From Lytechinus pictus (lineage: Eukaryota), in assembly GCF_037042905.1 (NCBI RefSeq), contig NC_087251.1:7628001-7692000 (forward strand): DNA of 64,000 nucleotides, written 5' to 3'. Shown here in pieces: positions 52,337 through 63,805 of this stretch. Positions within the stretch are counted from its first letter, which is position 1, and the number at the start of each line of letters is the position of its first letter. Position numbers and translations under genes: made by a program. The notes below the pieces were generated by a model. The model made no database searches and was not told the origin of the DNA. It saw only the letters and a list, made by a program, of their open reading frames with translations.

Positions 52337-54437
52337 AATATTAATTCTGATAATCTGACGAATACAATGTAACTAGATTAGAATATTGATTCTGACATTA
52401 AGATTACAAGGTAAAAGATGTGAATAATCAATGGAATGTAAATAGCTGATTATCAATCAGAAAGCATTTGTAAACAACTTGTAAATAATTTAAACTCTCT
52501 GTGCAGTCATTCACATGTTTTATTAAGAATACTTGATGTTTATAGTCATAGACTGAAGTAAACTCAGTTTATAGATGAAGCTCAATTCTTCATTTAGAAT
52601 ATTGACACGGTATTAATAGATGGTTGATTTAGTTACAGTGAAATAGGAATAATTGCTTAGGTGTTGGTCTTTCAGACTTGTTTTCACTTAGCTGTATTCT
52701 CAGACAGCAGGGACGATGTTAAAGTTTCCGGTAGGCTTTAATGCTAAGAAAGGTACTATGTGAGTCTATTCTTGAACCCGTGATGATTAGAGATATTTAC
52801 GGATTTCTGAGGCTTTTCATCACACAGAATGTTGGATGTTGTTACAAACTTCACACCGACAAAGTGAGTGGAAGTTTTGTAGGCGCTGTAAGGCTGGTAA
52901 ACAAGGCCCGTTGAGAGGTTGATAGGATAAGGATATTATTGGAGATTGGTGTGTTGTATTGGGTTAGTGACATTGGATGGAGAAAGATTATGAGTAACTG
53001 CTGGCAGTTTAGATAGGATTACTCACATAAGTCAGAACGACAGAAAAGAACCATTGGTCCTGGAACTTTTGTGGAGAGTAGATTACAGTCTTAAGTTGAA
53101 ATAATTCTTAGAGAGAACACAACTCTACGGAGTATAAAGTACAGAACTAAGTAGGATGCTCGATACTTACAATTGATATAGATTATTGCTTAGTGTATTT
53201 ATAACAGTGAATACATAGGATTTATCAACTTAGTAATTAATTATTATTCTATTTATCATTCTATCAATTTAAGAGTGACATGCACAGACTTACATTTAAG
53301 TTCTTTATTATGTAGAGTAAGTTATACAATTTTATATTGCTCATTCCATATTCAATGAATTTTATACTTATGCAAATTGATGTAAATATCCAAATTTTAT
53401 TGTTGAAATGTTTCAGAAGAATGGTTAACTTCAAGTTTTTCTTATATTAAAGTTCAGTTGAACTTTACTTGTTATTTCTTAGGAATCAATAATTGAACTT
53501 GCACACTTGAATCTAGAAGGAACATGATTAGTGATCAGTGTTTGTTGAGAATGATGAATCCAATAAATTGGATTTGTTGCTAAGTCTTAGAATTAGAAAT
53601 GGTGATCAATTGATTAGTGATGATTGATTGATGATGTGATTAGGGATAAGAAGTACCGTACAATTAGTTTAAGCATTATTTAAGTTAGGGTTCTTAGTTT
53701 ATTTATAGACCAACCTTGTATATTGCAAGAAAACGGAACTCGTCATCGAGCTTGGAAAACTACGCTTACCTAGTGAGACCCAGTGATAAAGAGCAGATTT
53801 GAGAACTGAGGAAAAGACTAGAATGATTGATTGCGAAGCAAGGACTGACCGCTTCTATGATTGCCTATGTGCATACGACTGCACGTGTGTGATGTGGATA
53901 TGCCTGATCGTGTGTGTGTAGAACACGAGGCGAACAAAACGTTTTGTATGTGAGTGAATAGAGATTTGGTTCATGGCTAACTCTATCGATGAAAGATGAG
54001 AAATATCATGGTTATATAATTAAATCTTACTTAATCATTCAGTGAGTAAACTCACCAGTTAAATTCTGCTGTGAAGGTCAGGACGCTGGAGTATGACAGA
54101 AGTCTTGTGATGGGAGAAAAGACGGTTTTCTTCAGATTATCGGAGCTCCTTCAACCTCTGTGGATCTGGCAGAATGGAGAGGCTAAAAGTTGGCGGTCGA
54201 TGTGAGAAGATGGACCAATCACGGAGCTCGTAGTAGAACTCAGATATTATGGAACTTGAGATGGCTATTCTGATTGGTGGTTCACTAGCTCTTTAAAGTT
54301 CTCATCGAAGAAAAGTTTCTTCATTACGGTCAAGTGTTAAATTATGCTTGGCCAAGAGCTCAATAACTCTCTAAACTATTGTGGTGGCAGCATACTATTT
54401 TTAAAGGTTATTTTGATAGGGTCTCACGTTACATTTT

Positions 54438-54457
54438 TGGTGGCACGGCGGTGGGAT
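54438..54457 (+). other. Primer binding site, tRNA-Leu-like
   Basis: TGGTGGCA(CG)GCGGTGGGAT 4 nt after the 5' LTR. Complementary to a tRNA-Leu 3' end (…AUCCCACCGCUGCCACCA) apart from a 2-nt insertion. Confidence 0.7.
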
Positions 54458-54905
54458 GGTCTTTTCAAAGAACCCCTCCACTTTTAAAAGAAAAAAAAAA
54501 ATACGGGTACATTTTTGTCTGCTAAGTAGTAGAATGATCTGTATTAAGTATATAAAAAAAAAAATTTGCTATTATTATGTATAGTTGTGTACGGTACTAG
54601 TAGATATTTAAGAATGTATTGTTTAAGCTATGTATAATAAATAAGTTGTGTTTTGAGTTCCTTATTACAAGTGTGCATTAAATAAGTTAAGATTGAATAT
54701 GGAAAATGAGCATTAATATGTCTATGGACATGACAGTGAATTAATCACTGTGAATAATAAGGAAATCTACTCCTTTTACAATGTATCTATTCCTTTTACA
54801 ATGTAAGGGTACGTTTGCTTGACACAATCTAAAACATGTATATTTATACTTAAACACAAGAAAATTAATCAAACATCCAAATAAATCAAAACTATAACAC
54901 TCAAT

Positions 54906-55825
54906 ATGGTGAAACCAAGCGTCGAGCTACAGTCTGAGTTAGCAGCTGGATACTGAAGTTGTGGAGGCTGAATGGTTGAAATGACATTGACGCTGGATAG
55001 GTTCTCACCGTGAGGCTCGTAGAGGCAGAACTGGAGGTCTCAAACAGTCTATATGGTCAGGAACTCACCTACCCAATCTGACTTCACTTTGGACAGATGA
55101 CTTGGTCCTGGAGAGAACGCTGAAACCTTGTTGCTGGAATTGCGGACTAGGCATCGACAGCGAAGAGTCTACAGGAACTAGGTCAGGCAATTAGGGAACT
55201 TACTTGCCTGGCATACCCGGAGCTGAGCATTGATGTTGGAGAGGCTTGCTAGTTTTCTCAGTAGCAATTGACGGAGAGGTCAGAGGTGCTATTTTCTGAG
55301 CTCACCCCAGGACGCTAGATGAGGCGATGGCAGCTGGGTTGACAATGGAGTCTTTTCCACAGACGGAGAAGGCAGGAGAGAGGAATAAGCCACGTCACGT
55401 CGGAGCAGTAGGGGATGGAGCGCAGTCGTCACCTGCAGATGAGAGAGTAAAGGAGATAGAAGAATTACAGTCAAGCCTGCAAGTGAATCAGAATGATGAA
55501 AGAACAGATGAGTGTGAAAAGGATTGGAGGCTAACCATGAATTGTGTACTTCAACTGGAGAAGCTGGACACATCAGTCATGATGCAGCAAAGTGGAACAG
55601 AAAGGTCCAGAGAACTAGGTGTTCAGATGGAGGTAGTGAATCTTTTGAGAAGCTAAGCTGGAACAGATGTTGATGAGATTATTGGAATGGACTTCTTACA
55701 GGAAGCAGATGAAACTGTTGGTTTTTAAATGGATGATGTTGGGTATCAACTCACCTTGGAAAATTGTGCTGGACATGCTCACTCAAATGCTGATGGGTTA
55801 TCCAGACAACCTTGCACCGATTGCT
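54906..55825 (+). pseudogene. Decayed gag / protease-end / RNase H-end remnants
   Basis: gag-like LGQAIRELTCLAYPEL (~55178), protease C-terminal-like IIGMDFLQ (~55680), RNase H end HSNADGLSRQPC (~55780). Many stops. Confidence 0.7.
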
Positions 55826-56192
55826 GACATTGTTGGAGATTGAAGATGACTGGAAGAGAAAGAGAAGTATAAATGATTAGACTTTATTTCTATTAGATTT
55901 TGAATTGTTACATTAATTGAATTTATATCAATGTTTTTCATGAGTGAACTATATTGGATTTTATTGTGGTTATTAATGAGATTTTGACATGGAAGCTGGA
56001 GAGTGTGATGAAAAGGAGATGTCTACCATAACATTTATGCCAATAACTGAAGAGGAAATCAGGAAGGCACAGTTACAAGATGGAGACATAAAGCATATTT
56101 TGGGATGGAAGGAAATATGCAGTGAGTGACCGAGCTGGAAAGATGTTTCACACCTATCATCAGCTACTAAGGTTTACTGGGTAAACTGGACT

Positions 56193-57428
56193 TTGCTAGA
56201 GGTACAAAAAGGTGTCTTGATGAGGAGATGGGAATCAGAAGATGGAAAGGAGATAACTTGGAAAATTGTACTCCCTCGTTCTTTGCGAAGTACAGTACTG
56301 GAGGAATTACATGGTTCTCAAACAGCTGCTCATCTTGGAGTCAATAAGACATTGCATAAAGTACAGAGGAGATATTACTGGGTTGGACTTGCTGCAGATG
56401 TGCGATTGTGGATTAAGAGATGTACTATCTGTGCACAGCTGAAAAACCCCCCAAAGAAGAATAAAGCTCCACTTCAGAAATATAGAGTTGGTGCACCACT
56501 AGAAAGGGTAGCGATGGACATTTTGGGCCCTTTACCCGAGACGGACAGTGGAAACAAGTATGTGTTAGTCGTGGGAGACTATTTCACGAAATGGATAGAA
56601 TCGTACCCATTACCAGATCAGGAGGCGGAGACGATTGCTAGGGTACTAGTGGAGGAGTTTATTTGTCGGTATGGAATACCAAAAGAACTACATAGTGACC
56701 AAGGGAGGAATTTTGAGTCAAGGCTGATGGCAGAGATGTGTAAGATGCTTGGTATTAAGAAATCAAGGACTTGCCCACTACACCCACAAGGAGATGGATT
56801 TATAGAAAGATTTAATAGAACCTTACTGGGTATGGTGTCGTCATTGCTCAATCCAGATGACGAACAGAAGGACTGGGATGAGAGGATTTCGTTCGCGATG
56901 TTGGCATACAGGTCAGCAGTCCAGGAATCAACTGGAGAGAGTCCTGCTATGATGATGCTTGGAAGAGAAATCAGTCTGCCGGTAGATTTGCTGTTACCTT
57001 CTCCAACACCTGCAAATGAAGAAGAATCGGACTATGTGAGTGATGTGAGGGAAAAGTTACACGAGGTACATGAAGGTGCTAGAGAAAAACTTGGAATTGC
57101 AGCTGAAAGACAGGCTAAGTCTTATGATAGAAATATCATTCAGCAAAGTTTTACGACTGGAGATTGGGTGTGGTTATTCGACGCATCAAGGAAGAAAGGA
57201 GTGTGCCCTAAGCTGAGCACGAAATGGAAAGGACCATTTATGGTAGTAACCAAACTTTCTGATGTCGTATATCGAATCCAGGAATCATCGAGAGGCAAAC
57301 CAAAGGTGGTGCACATCGATCGACTAAAGGCTTATACTGGAAAGCCTTTGAAAAACTGGTTGACACAAGAAATCAGGCATAATCCAAATAGAAACAGGGT
57401 TCCACCACAAAGATACATTGAACTTTGA
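56193..57428 (+). CDS. Gypsy-type integrase (HHCC zinc finger, DDE core, GPY/F)
   Basis: LH..HLG...C..C; MDILGP, HSDQGRNFES, IERFNRTL; KWKGPF. The frame extends upstream to an ATG at 55989 with a single TGA at 56127. Confidence 0.95.
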   Translation: MLEVQKGVLMRRWESEDGKEITWKIVLPRSLRSTVLEELHGSQTAAHLGVNKTLHKVQRRYYWVGLAADVRLWIKRCTICAQLKNPPKKNKAPLQKYRVGAPLERVAMDILGPLPETDSGNKYVLVVGDYFTKWIESYPLPDQEAETIARVLVEEFICRYGIPKELHSDQGRNFESRLMAEMCKMLGIKKSRTCPLHPQGDGFIERFNRTLLGMVSSLLNPDDEQKDWDERISFAMLAYRSAVQESTGESPAMMMLGREISLPVDLLLPSPTPANEEESDYVSDVREKLHEVHEGAREKLGIAAERQAKSYDRNIIQQSFTTGDWVWLFDASRKKGVCPKLSTKWKGPFMVVTKLSDVVYRIQESSRGKPKVVHIDRLKAYTGKPLKNWLTQEIRHNPNRNRVPPQRYIEL

Positions 57429-57575
57429 GTCACAGAAACAATACATCTTCACCATGATGACTGTATTCAGAAATTTATTCAAAAATATTCCTTTCTTTAT
57501 CATTTTTATTGTATGTATGACAACATACAATTATATGCCTTGTATGCTTTGTAATTTGTATCTTACAGTACCAGG

Positions 57576-58544
57576 ATGGAAGTTATATGCAGCCAGTGCA
57601 AAAGAGTATTTTCATCTTATCCGGAATTAAACTATCATTTACGGAAGGTTCATCAAATGACTTTTCTTATTCACTGTCAAAGATGTAATCACGAGACTGA
57701 GAGAAGAGAGACAATGAGACAGCATTACAAACGACATCATAGAGCTCATATCAAAGAAGTAGACACAATACGATCTAGCCCAACTTTGCCTAAGCCTAAA
57801 GACAGGATGGAGGAACAGCAGGAAAGGGAGAAGAGGAGACAGATTGAAGAAGAAAGGGAGAAAGAGAAGAACAGACGAGAAGAGCAGAGGAAGAGGAAAG
57901 AGGAGGAGGAAAGGATCGAGGAGGAAAGGAGGCGACAAGAAGCAATAGAGGAAGGAAGGAGGAAGGATAGTCAAGAAAGAGTTTGGAAAAGGGTTGATAG
58001 GAGTATAGAAGACGAGATAGACGAAGAGATCATAGAAGAACGAAGGAAACTTGAGGAAAGTAGGGAGAAAGAAGAAGAGGAGAGGCAACTGGATGAGGAA
58101 GGAAAGCAGCTAGAAGAGGAGAAACGTAAGATAGAGGAGGAGGAGAAAAGATTAGAGGAAGAAAAGAGGAAGCTAGAGAGAAGGAAACATGAAAAAGAAG
58201 CCAAGCAGGAGTTAGCAAAAAGACAGGAAGAAGAGAGACTAGAGAAAGAAAGGGAGTTAGAGAAGAAAAGATTAGAAGATGAGGAGAAGAGATTGAAGGA
58301 GGAAATCAGACAGATTGCAGAAGGCAACACAGAAGATAAACCAGAAAGTAGAATTGTTGAACTTGTCGGTGATAAACAGAATATTTCTATAAAACTTCCT
58401 GAGTGCCAAAGTGAACAGATCCAAATAGTATCAAAGGTTACAATTGCGACATCTTATTATACCAAGACCAAGAATGGATACACTCTAAAAAGAAGATTAA
58501 TTGACTCTCACTATCCGGAGAAAAGACCAAAAGTTGCAAAGTAA
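57576..58544 (+). CDS. Accessory ORF: two C2H2 zinc fingers, long E/R/K-rich helix, basic C-terminus (322 aa)
   Basis: CSQC-x12-HLRKVH and CQRC-x12-HYKRHH. ATG in a good context (AGGATGG), uninterrupted frame, ends ~150 bp before the PPT. Confidence 0.85.
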   Translation: MEVICSQCKRVFSSYPELNYHLRKVHQMTFLIHCQRCNHETERRETMRQHYKRHHRAHIKEVDTIRSSPTLPKPKDRMEEQQEREKRRQIEEEREKEKNRREEQRKRKEEEERIEEERRRQEAIEEGRRKDSQERVWKRVDRSIEDEIDEEIIEERRKLEESREKEEEERQLDEEGKQLEEEKRKIEEEEKRLEEEKRKLERRKHEKEAKQELAKRQEEERLEKERELEKKRLEDEEKRLKEEIRQIAEGNTEDKPESRIVELVGDKQNISIKLPECQSEQIQIVSKVTIATSYYTKTKNGYTLKRRLIDSHYPEKRPKVAK

Positions 58545-58696
58545 TTTGTTGTCATGTATTTTGTATGATCTTTATGTATTTTATGATGTTTAAGAATACT
58601 TTTATGTACATGAATATTCATGTATTGCTATATATTGATATTTAATGCTATTATAATGTAGTCACTGGGACAGTGACTTTATTTGGCTGGGGGTAG

Positions 58697-61600
58697 TGTG
58701 AAGAAAACCCCTTTTCGTTAAAAGAAAGATCTAATCTTCAAAATAAAGATTTAGATTTCCCCATATTTCATTTGTTAAATATTGAGCTTTGTTTGTTTAC
58801 ATCACGTAACTGAACGCCAGTATAGTCATTGAATGCCGGCGATCAGCTGTTTTTACTACGTGAACTGTGACCTGAATTCCGGAGAGAGACTGGTGAATTT
58901 ACTTGGATTAATTGCTAGTGTGCGCGCATACGTGTTAGCGCAGAGGAATTGGTATATTTCTGCTGAGTCACGCCATATTCACGTAGAGCCAGCAGTATGA
59001 TCTATTTATGGGACCGGTATGGTCTGTTATGAAATTTTATGAGCGTTTAAATAGCTCTAAGTAAAAATTTGAATCTTACCTTTTGTGTAGATTCTCTGGA
59101 AGTTGATGACAGCATTAATTTATTGCTGGAATTTCTTCATTCATGTTTGGATACTGTTATTTTCCTTTATTCTGAGACAATTACCGCCAGGATTTTGAAC
59201 TCTTCCTTGGATCTAAAGCTCTGATGCGCGCATACGCGCACAGACGCGCTATCATTGGTATTTTAAAGTATTGAATTTGCATAGCATCCCGCTGCGTAAT
59301 GTTTATGTGAAGAGAGTGGTTTTTAAAGCACTAAAATTACATAACAACCCGCCGCGTAATGCAATGAGCTCAGAAATTGCCAAAATCCTGGGGGGCCAAA
59401 AGTCTATAAATAGGGGAGGTTTGAGGAGTTTGTCATATCGTCTGGAAGCTCTCTTGAGTTAAGTTAGCTCTCCTAGTCAATTCACATTCACTCTCTCGAG
59501 AATTCTCGTTCTCTGTTTCTCTTTCTACATTGTACATTCTTCTGTGAGTACATTACGTCATAATATGACACTTAGATTCATTCAGGGAATTCAGCGAGAT
59601 TAATGATGAATTTTAGCTAGGAATTTGAAATCATTCGTCACCTTTTTGGGATTAGTGACGATTTTTGGCAACCAATACTCTGTTGTATTTCTTATAGTCA
59701 GCTTGGATTTATCAGCTGTTCACAGAAACTGGGCAGCTATTGTTATTCTTAAGCAGACTTTGATTCATTTGTCAAGTCTACTAATTGTTTGATAGATATC
59801 TAGAGAAGATATGAAAGCATTTATTGGTGCTTATTTGTGTTCTTTTTGACATGAACACAGATGTTTGGAGCAGATAGGAATTAATTGATGGTCACAATAG
59901 TGAACATGAATGCTGACTGTTAATTTATCTTTCTGGAATCTCCTGAATGGATATTTAATTACCTTATTTATGAAATTTGATAATTTATGCATTTTTATAT
60001 TATGAATTTATTTCTGACTTGATGACAATATTTAGGCAGTCCTTTTAAGGACTCTTGACAGTCTGAATATTAAATCAAATTATCTAGTCAGAGAAATTAA
60101 ATTACTGCATTGATAAAATTATTCTACCAACGTGGAAAAGGCTAGTGTCAGATTTTCAATCTCTAAATAGAGATTATCTTTTTGGTCAGTAACATTTGAC
60201 ATAAAACTGTCAAGTTGTTCTGGAATGTGTGTTGTTTTGGTATCGCTTTGAATATTGATCTGACTTTGGGATTTTTTCCACATTGGTCGTTTAAAGGATA
60301 TTTATTGATAGAGTCGTGAACTCAATTCTTATTTCAGGATTAATGACTGATTATTTATTTACATTTCTTACATCATATACAAATAGGATCACACTAAACA
60401 AAGCTAGCCATCATGAGTGTTCGGATGTTAAGATCACGTGTAACTTAGGTGTCAAGCATGCTATTCCCGTAGTTGTTAAGATCAGAATACTTAATGTTAT
60501 AAGCTCAGAATACTTAATGTTATACAGATCAGAATACTTAATGTTATACAGATCAGAATACTTAATGTTATACAGATCAGAATACTTAATGTTATACAGA
60601 TCAGAATACTAAATATTAATTCTGATAATCTGACGAATACAATGTAACTAGATTAGAATATTGATTCTGACATTAAGATTACAAGGTAAAAGATGTGAAT
60701 AATCAATGGAATGTAAATAGCTGATTATCAATCAGAAAGCATTTGTAAACAACTTGTAAATAATTTAAACTCTCTGTGCAGTCATTCACATGTTTTATTA
60801 AGAATACTTGATGTTTATAGTCATAGACTGAAGTAAACTCAGTTTATAGATGAAGCTCAATTCTTCATTTAGAATATTGACACGGTATTAATAGATGGTT
60901 GATTTAGTTACAGTGAAATAGGAATAATTGCTTAGGTGTTGGTCTTTCAGACTTGTTTTCACTTAGCTGTATTCTCAGACAGCAGGGACGATGTTAAAGT
61001 TTCCGGTAGGCTTTAATGCTAAGAAAGGTACTATGTGAGTCTATTCTTGAACCCGTGATGATTAGAGATATTTACGGATTTCTGAGGCTTTTCATCACAC
61101 AGAATGTTGGATGTTGTTACAAACTTCACACCGACAAAGTGAGTGGAAGTTTTGTAGGCGCTGTAAGGCTGGTAAACAAGGCCCGTTGAGAGGTTGATAG
61201 GATAAGGATATTATTGGAGATTGGTGTGTTGTATTGGGTTAGTGACATTGGATGGAGAAAGATTATGAGTAACTGCTGGCAGTTTAGATAGGATTACTCA
61301 CATAAGTCAGAACGACAGAAAAGAACCATTGGTCCTGGAACTTTTGTGGAGAGTAGATTACAGTCTTAAGTTGAAATAATTCTTAGAGAGAACACAACTC
61401 TACGGAGTATAAAGTACAGAACTAAGTAGGATGCTCGATACTTACAATTGATATAGATTATTGCTTAGTGTATTTATAACAGTGAATACATAGGATTTAT
61501 CAACTTAGTAATTAATTATTATTCTATTTATCATTCTATCAATTTAAGAGTGACATGCACAGACTTACATTTAAGTTCTTTATTATGTAGAGTAAGTTAT

Positions 61601-62708
61601 ACAATTTTATATTGCTCATTCCATATTCAATGAATTTTATACTTATGCAAATTGATGTAAATATCCAAATTTTATTGTTGAAATGTTTCAGAAGAATGGT
61701 TAACTTCAAGTTTTTCTTATATTAAAGTTCAGTTGAACTTTACTTGTTATTTCTTAGGAATCAATAATTGAACTTGCACACTTGAATCTAGAAGGAACAT
61801 GATTAGTGATCAGTGTTTGTTGAGAATGATGAATCCAATAAATTGGATTTGTTGCTAAGTCTTAGAATTAGAAATGGTGATCAATTGATTAGTGATGATT
61901 GATTGATGATGTGATTAGGGATAAGAAGTACCGTACAATTAGTTTAAGCATTATTTAAGTTAGGGTTCTTAGTTTATTTATAGACCAACCTTGTATATTG
62001 CAAGAAAACGGAACTCGTCATCGAGCTTGGAAAACTACGCTTACCTAGTGAGACCCAGTGATAAAGAGCAGATTTGAGAACTGAGGAAAAGACTAGAATG
62101 ATTGATTGCGAAGCAAGGACTGACCGCTTCTATGATTGCCTATGTGCATACGACTGCACGTGTGTGATGTGGATATGCCTGATCGTGTGTGTGTAGAACA
62201 CGAGGCGAACAAAACGTTTTGTATGTGAGTGAATAGAGATTTGGTTCATGGCTAACTCTATCGATGAAAGATGAGAAATATCATGGTTATATAATTAAAT
62301 CTTACTTAATCATTCAGTGAGTAAACTCACCAGTTAAATTCTGCTGTGAAGGTCAGGACGCTGGAGTATGACAGAAGTCTTGTGATGGGAGAAAAGACGG
62401 TTTTCTTCAGATTATCGGAGCTCCTTCAACCTCTGTGGATCTGGCAGAATGGAGAGGCTAAAAGTTGGCGGTCGATGTGAGAAGATGGACCAATCACGGA
62501 GCTCGTAGTAGAACTCAGATATTATGGAACTTGAGATGGCTATTCTGATTGGTGGTTCACTAGCTCTTTAAAGTTCTCATCGAAGAAAAGTTTCTTCATT
62601 ACGGTCCAGTGTTAAATTATGCTTGGCCAAGAGCTCAATAACTCTCTAAACTATTGTGGTGGCAGCATACTATTTTTAAAGGTTATTTTGATAGGGTCTC
62701 ACGTTACA
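58697..62708 (+). repeat. 3' LTR (4012 bp)
   Basis: Same termini as the 5' LTR. Preceded by the purine-rich tract GGCTGGGGGTAG. Confidence 0.95.
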
Positions 62709-62871
62709 GTACTAAAGATAAAGTTGGCAGATATAATGTGAAATATAGATTCATTATATGCATTATATTCAAATGCTACATGTACTGAAATGGAATAATA
62801 AAATATAGTTTTCTTTTAACTAGATTTTTAGAGAAATATTATACAAAAAAAAAAAACCAATTTACAACATC

Positions 62872-63805
62872 ATTGAAAACATGGTTGGAATCAGACGGCT
62901 TGAGACAAATCTGTAACAATTAAAAAGGTAATGAAGTCATTTTTAATAACAAACATATATGTTTTCGATGATTTTCTTTTTATCATGCAGATCTTATATC
63001 GAAAGGTATATTCAGGTTGAAACATATTGCAGATAAAGATGGTGAATCGAAAACAGATGCACATTTTAAAAGTAAAGGCGTCACTTCGTGGAATATAATA
63101 CAGATAAAACATAATTATATTTGAGAAAATTCCACCCGTTTGGTAAAACCATAAGCATTTCACAGAATAAAATAAAAGGGAACTAGATCTGAAAGATATT
63201 TCATTCATTGTTTCGGACAAGATTGTCCATGTAAGTGAACTTATCTCAACTTTAGGACTATTCTCAATTCCAAATTAGAAGTCATTCCATTAGTTAATCG
63301 GTTAAAAGAAACTATTGAAAAAAAATATTAGGCCAAGAAAATGTACTTTGAATAGTAAGCTGAGGGAATTTGAGTTCAAATTGTTACATGGGATTATTTA
63401 CACGACTCGGGATTTATTTCGCTTTGGCATGGTTTTCACGGATCTATATATGCTCCTTTGTCAAAAAGAAGTATAAACATACCGTGACTATAGGAGGGCA
63501 CTGGACGCGGAATGAATATTTTTGGTACACCCTTGGGGAAGACGTATTTATTAAATCATGTTCTGTCACGGTTAGTTAAATATATCATATTTCAAATAAA
63601 AAAGAAAAATATACCCCGTAATATAGCCAAGAAGTAAATGACATTTTACTTTAGTAAGAAATCAAATTGAGGAAAAAAAGATACTTCCGCCAGTAGATCA
63701 TAACACCTTATCTTTACATTTTAAAAATGGGAGGATTTTGATTCCGAATGGAGGGCACAGTCTTTCTCTCTCTCTCTCTCTCTTCTTCTTCTTCTTCTTC
63801 TTCTT
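62872..63805 (+). mobile_element. 3' remainder of the L1/Tx1-like LINE
   Basis: Reading continues from 48300 (ELLK|TWLE). KLREFEFKLLHGIIYT at ~63357 resembles the C-terminal zinc-binding region of ORF2. Ends in (CT)n/(TTC)n. Confidence 0.65.

Larger units (their letters stand above)
48755..54433 (+). repeat. 5' LTR (4017 bp plus a 1662-bp insertion)
   Basis: TGTGAAGAAAACCCC...GGGTCTCACGTTACA. Matches 58697-62708 once 50302-51963 is removed. Confidence 0.95.
48755..62708 (+). mobile_element. Gypsy/Ty3-type LTR retrotransposon, 13,954 bp, non-autonomous (RT deleted)
   Basis: Two TG...CA LTRs, GTAC target duplication (48751-54, 62709-12), PBS, PPT, and an integrase with GPY/F motif downstream of protease and RNase H remnants. 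Confidence 0.95.

Noticed and set aside
52041..52337. 98-aa ORF with RSEYLMLY repeats (also 60316-60612)
   Set aside because: By-product of the 24-bp tandem repeat in the LTR, with a non-ATG start.
57639..58330. Minus-strand Ser/Phe/Leu-rich ORFs
   Set aside because: Antisense shadows of the purine-rich E/R/K ORF.
57576..58544. Envelope protein
   Set aside because: No signal peptide or transmembrane segment. It is highly charged and has C2H2 fingers instead.
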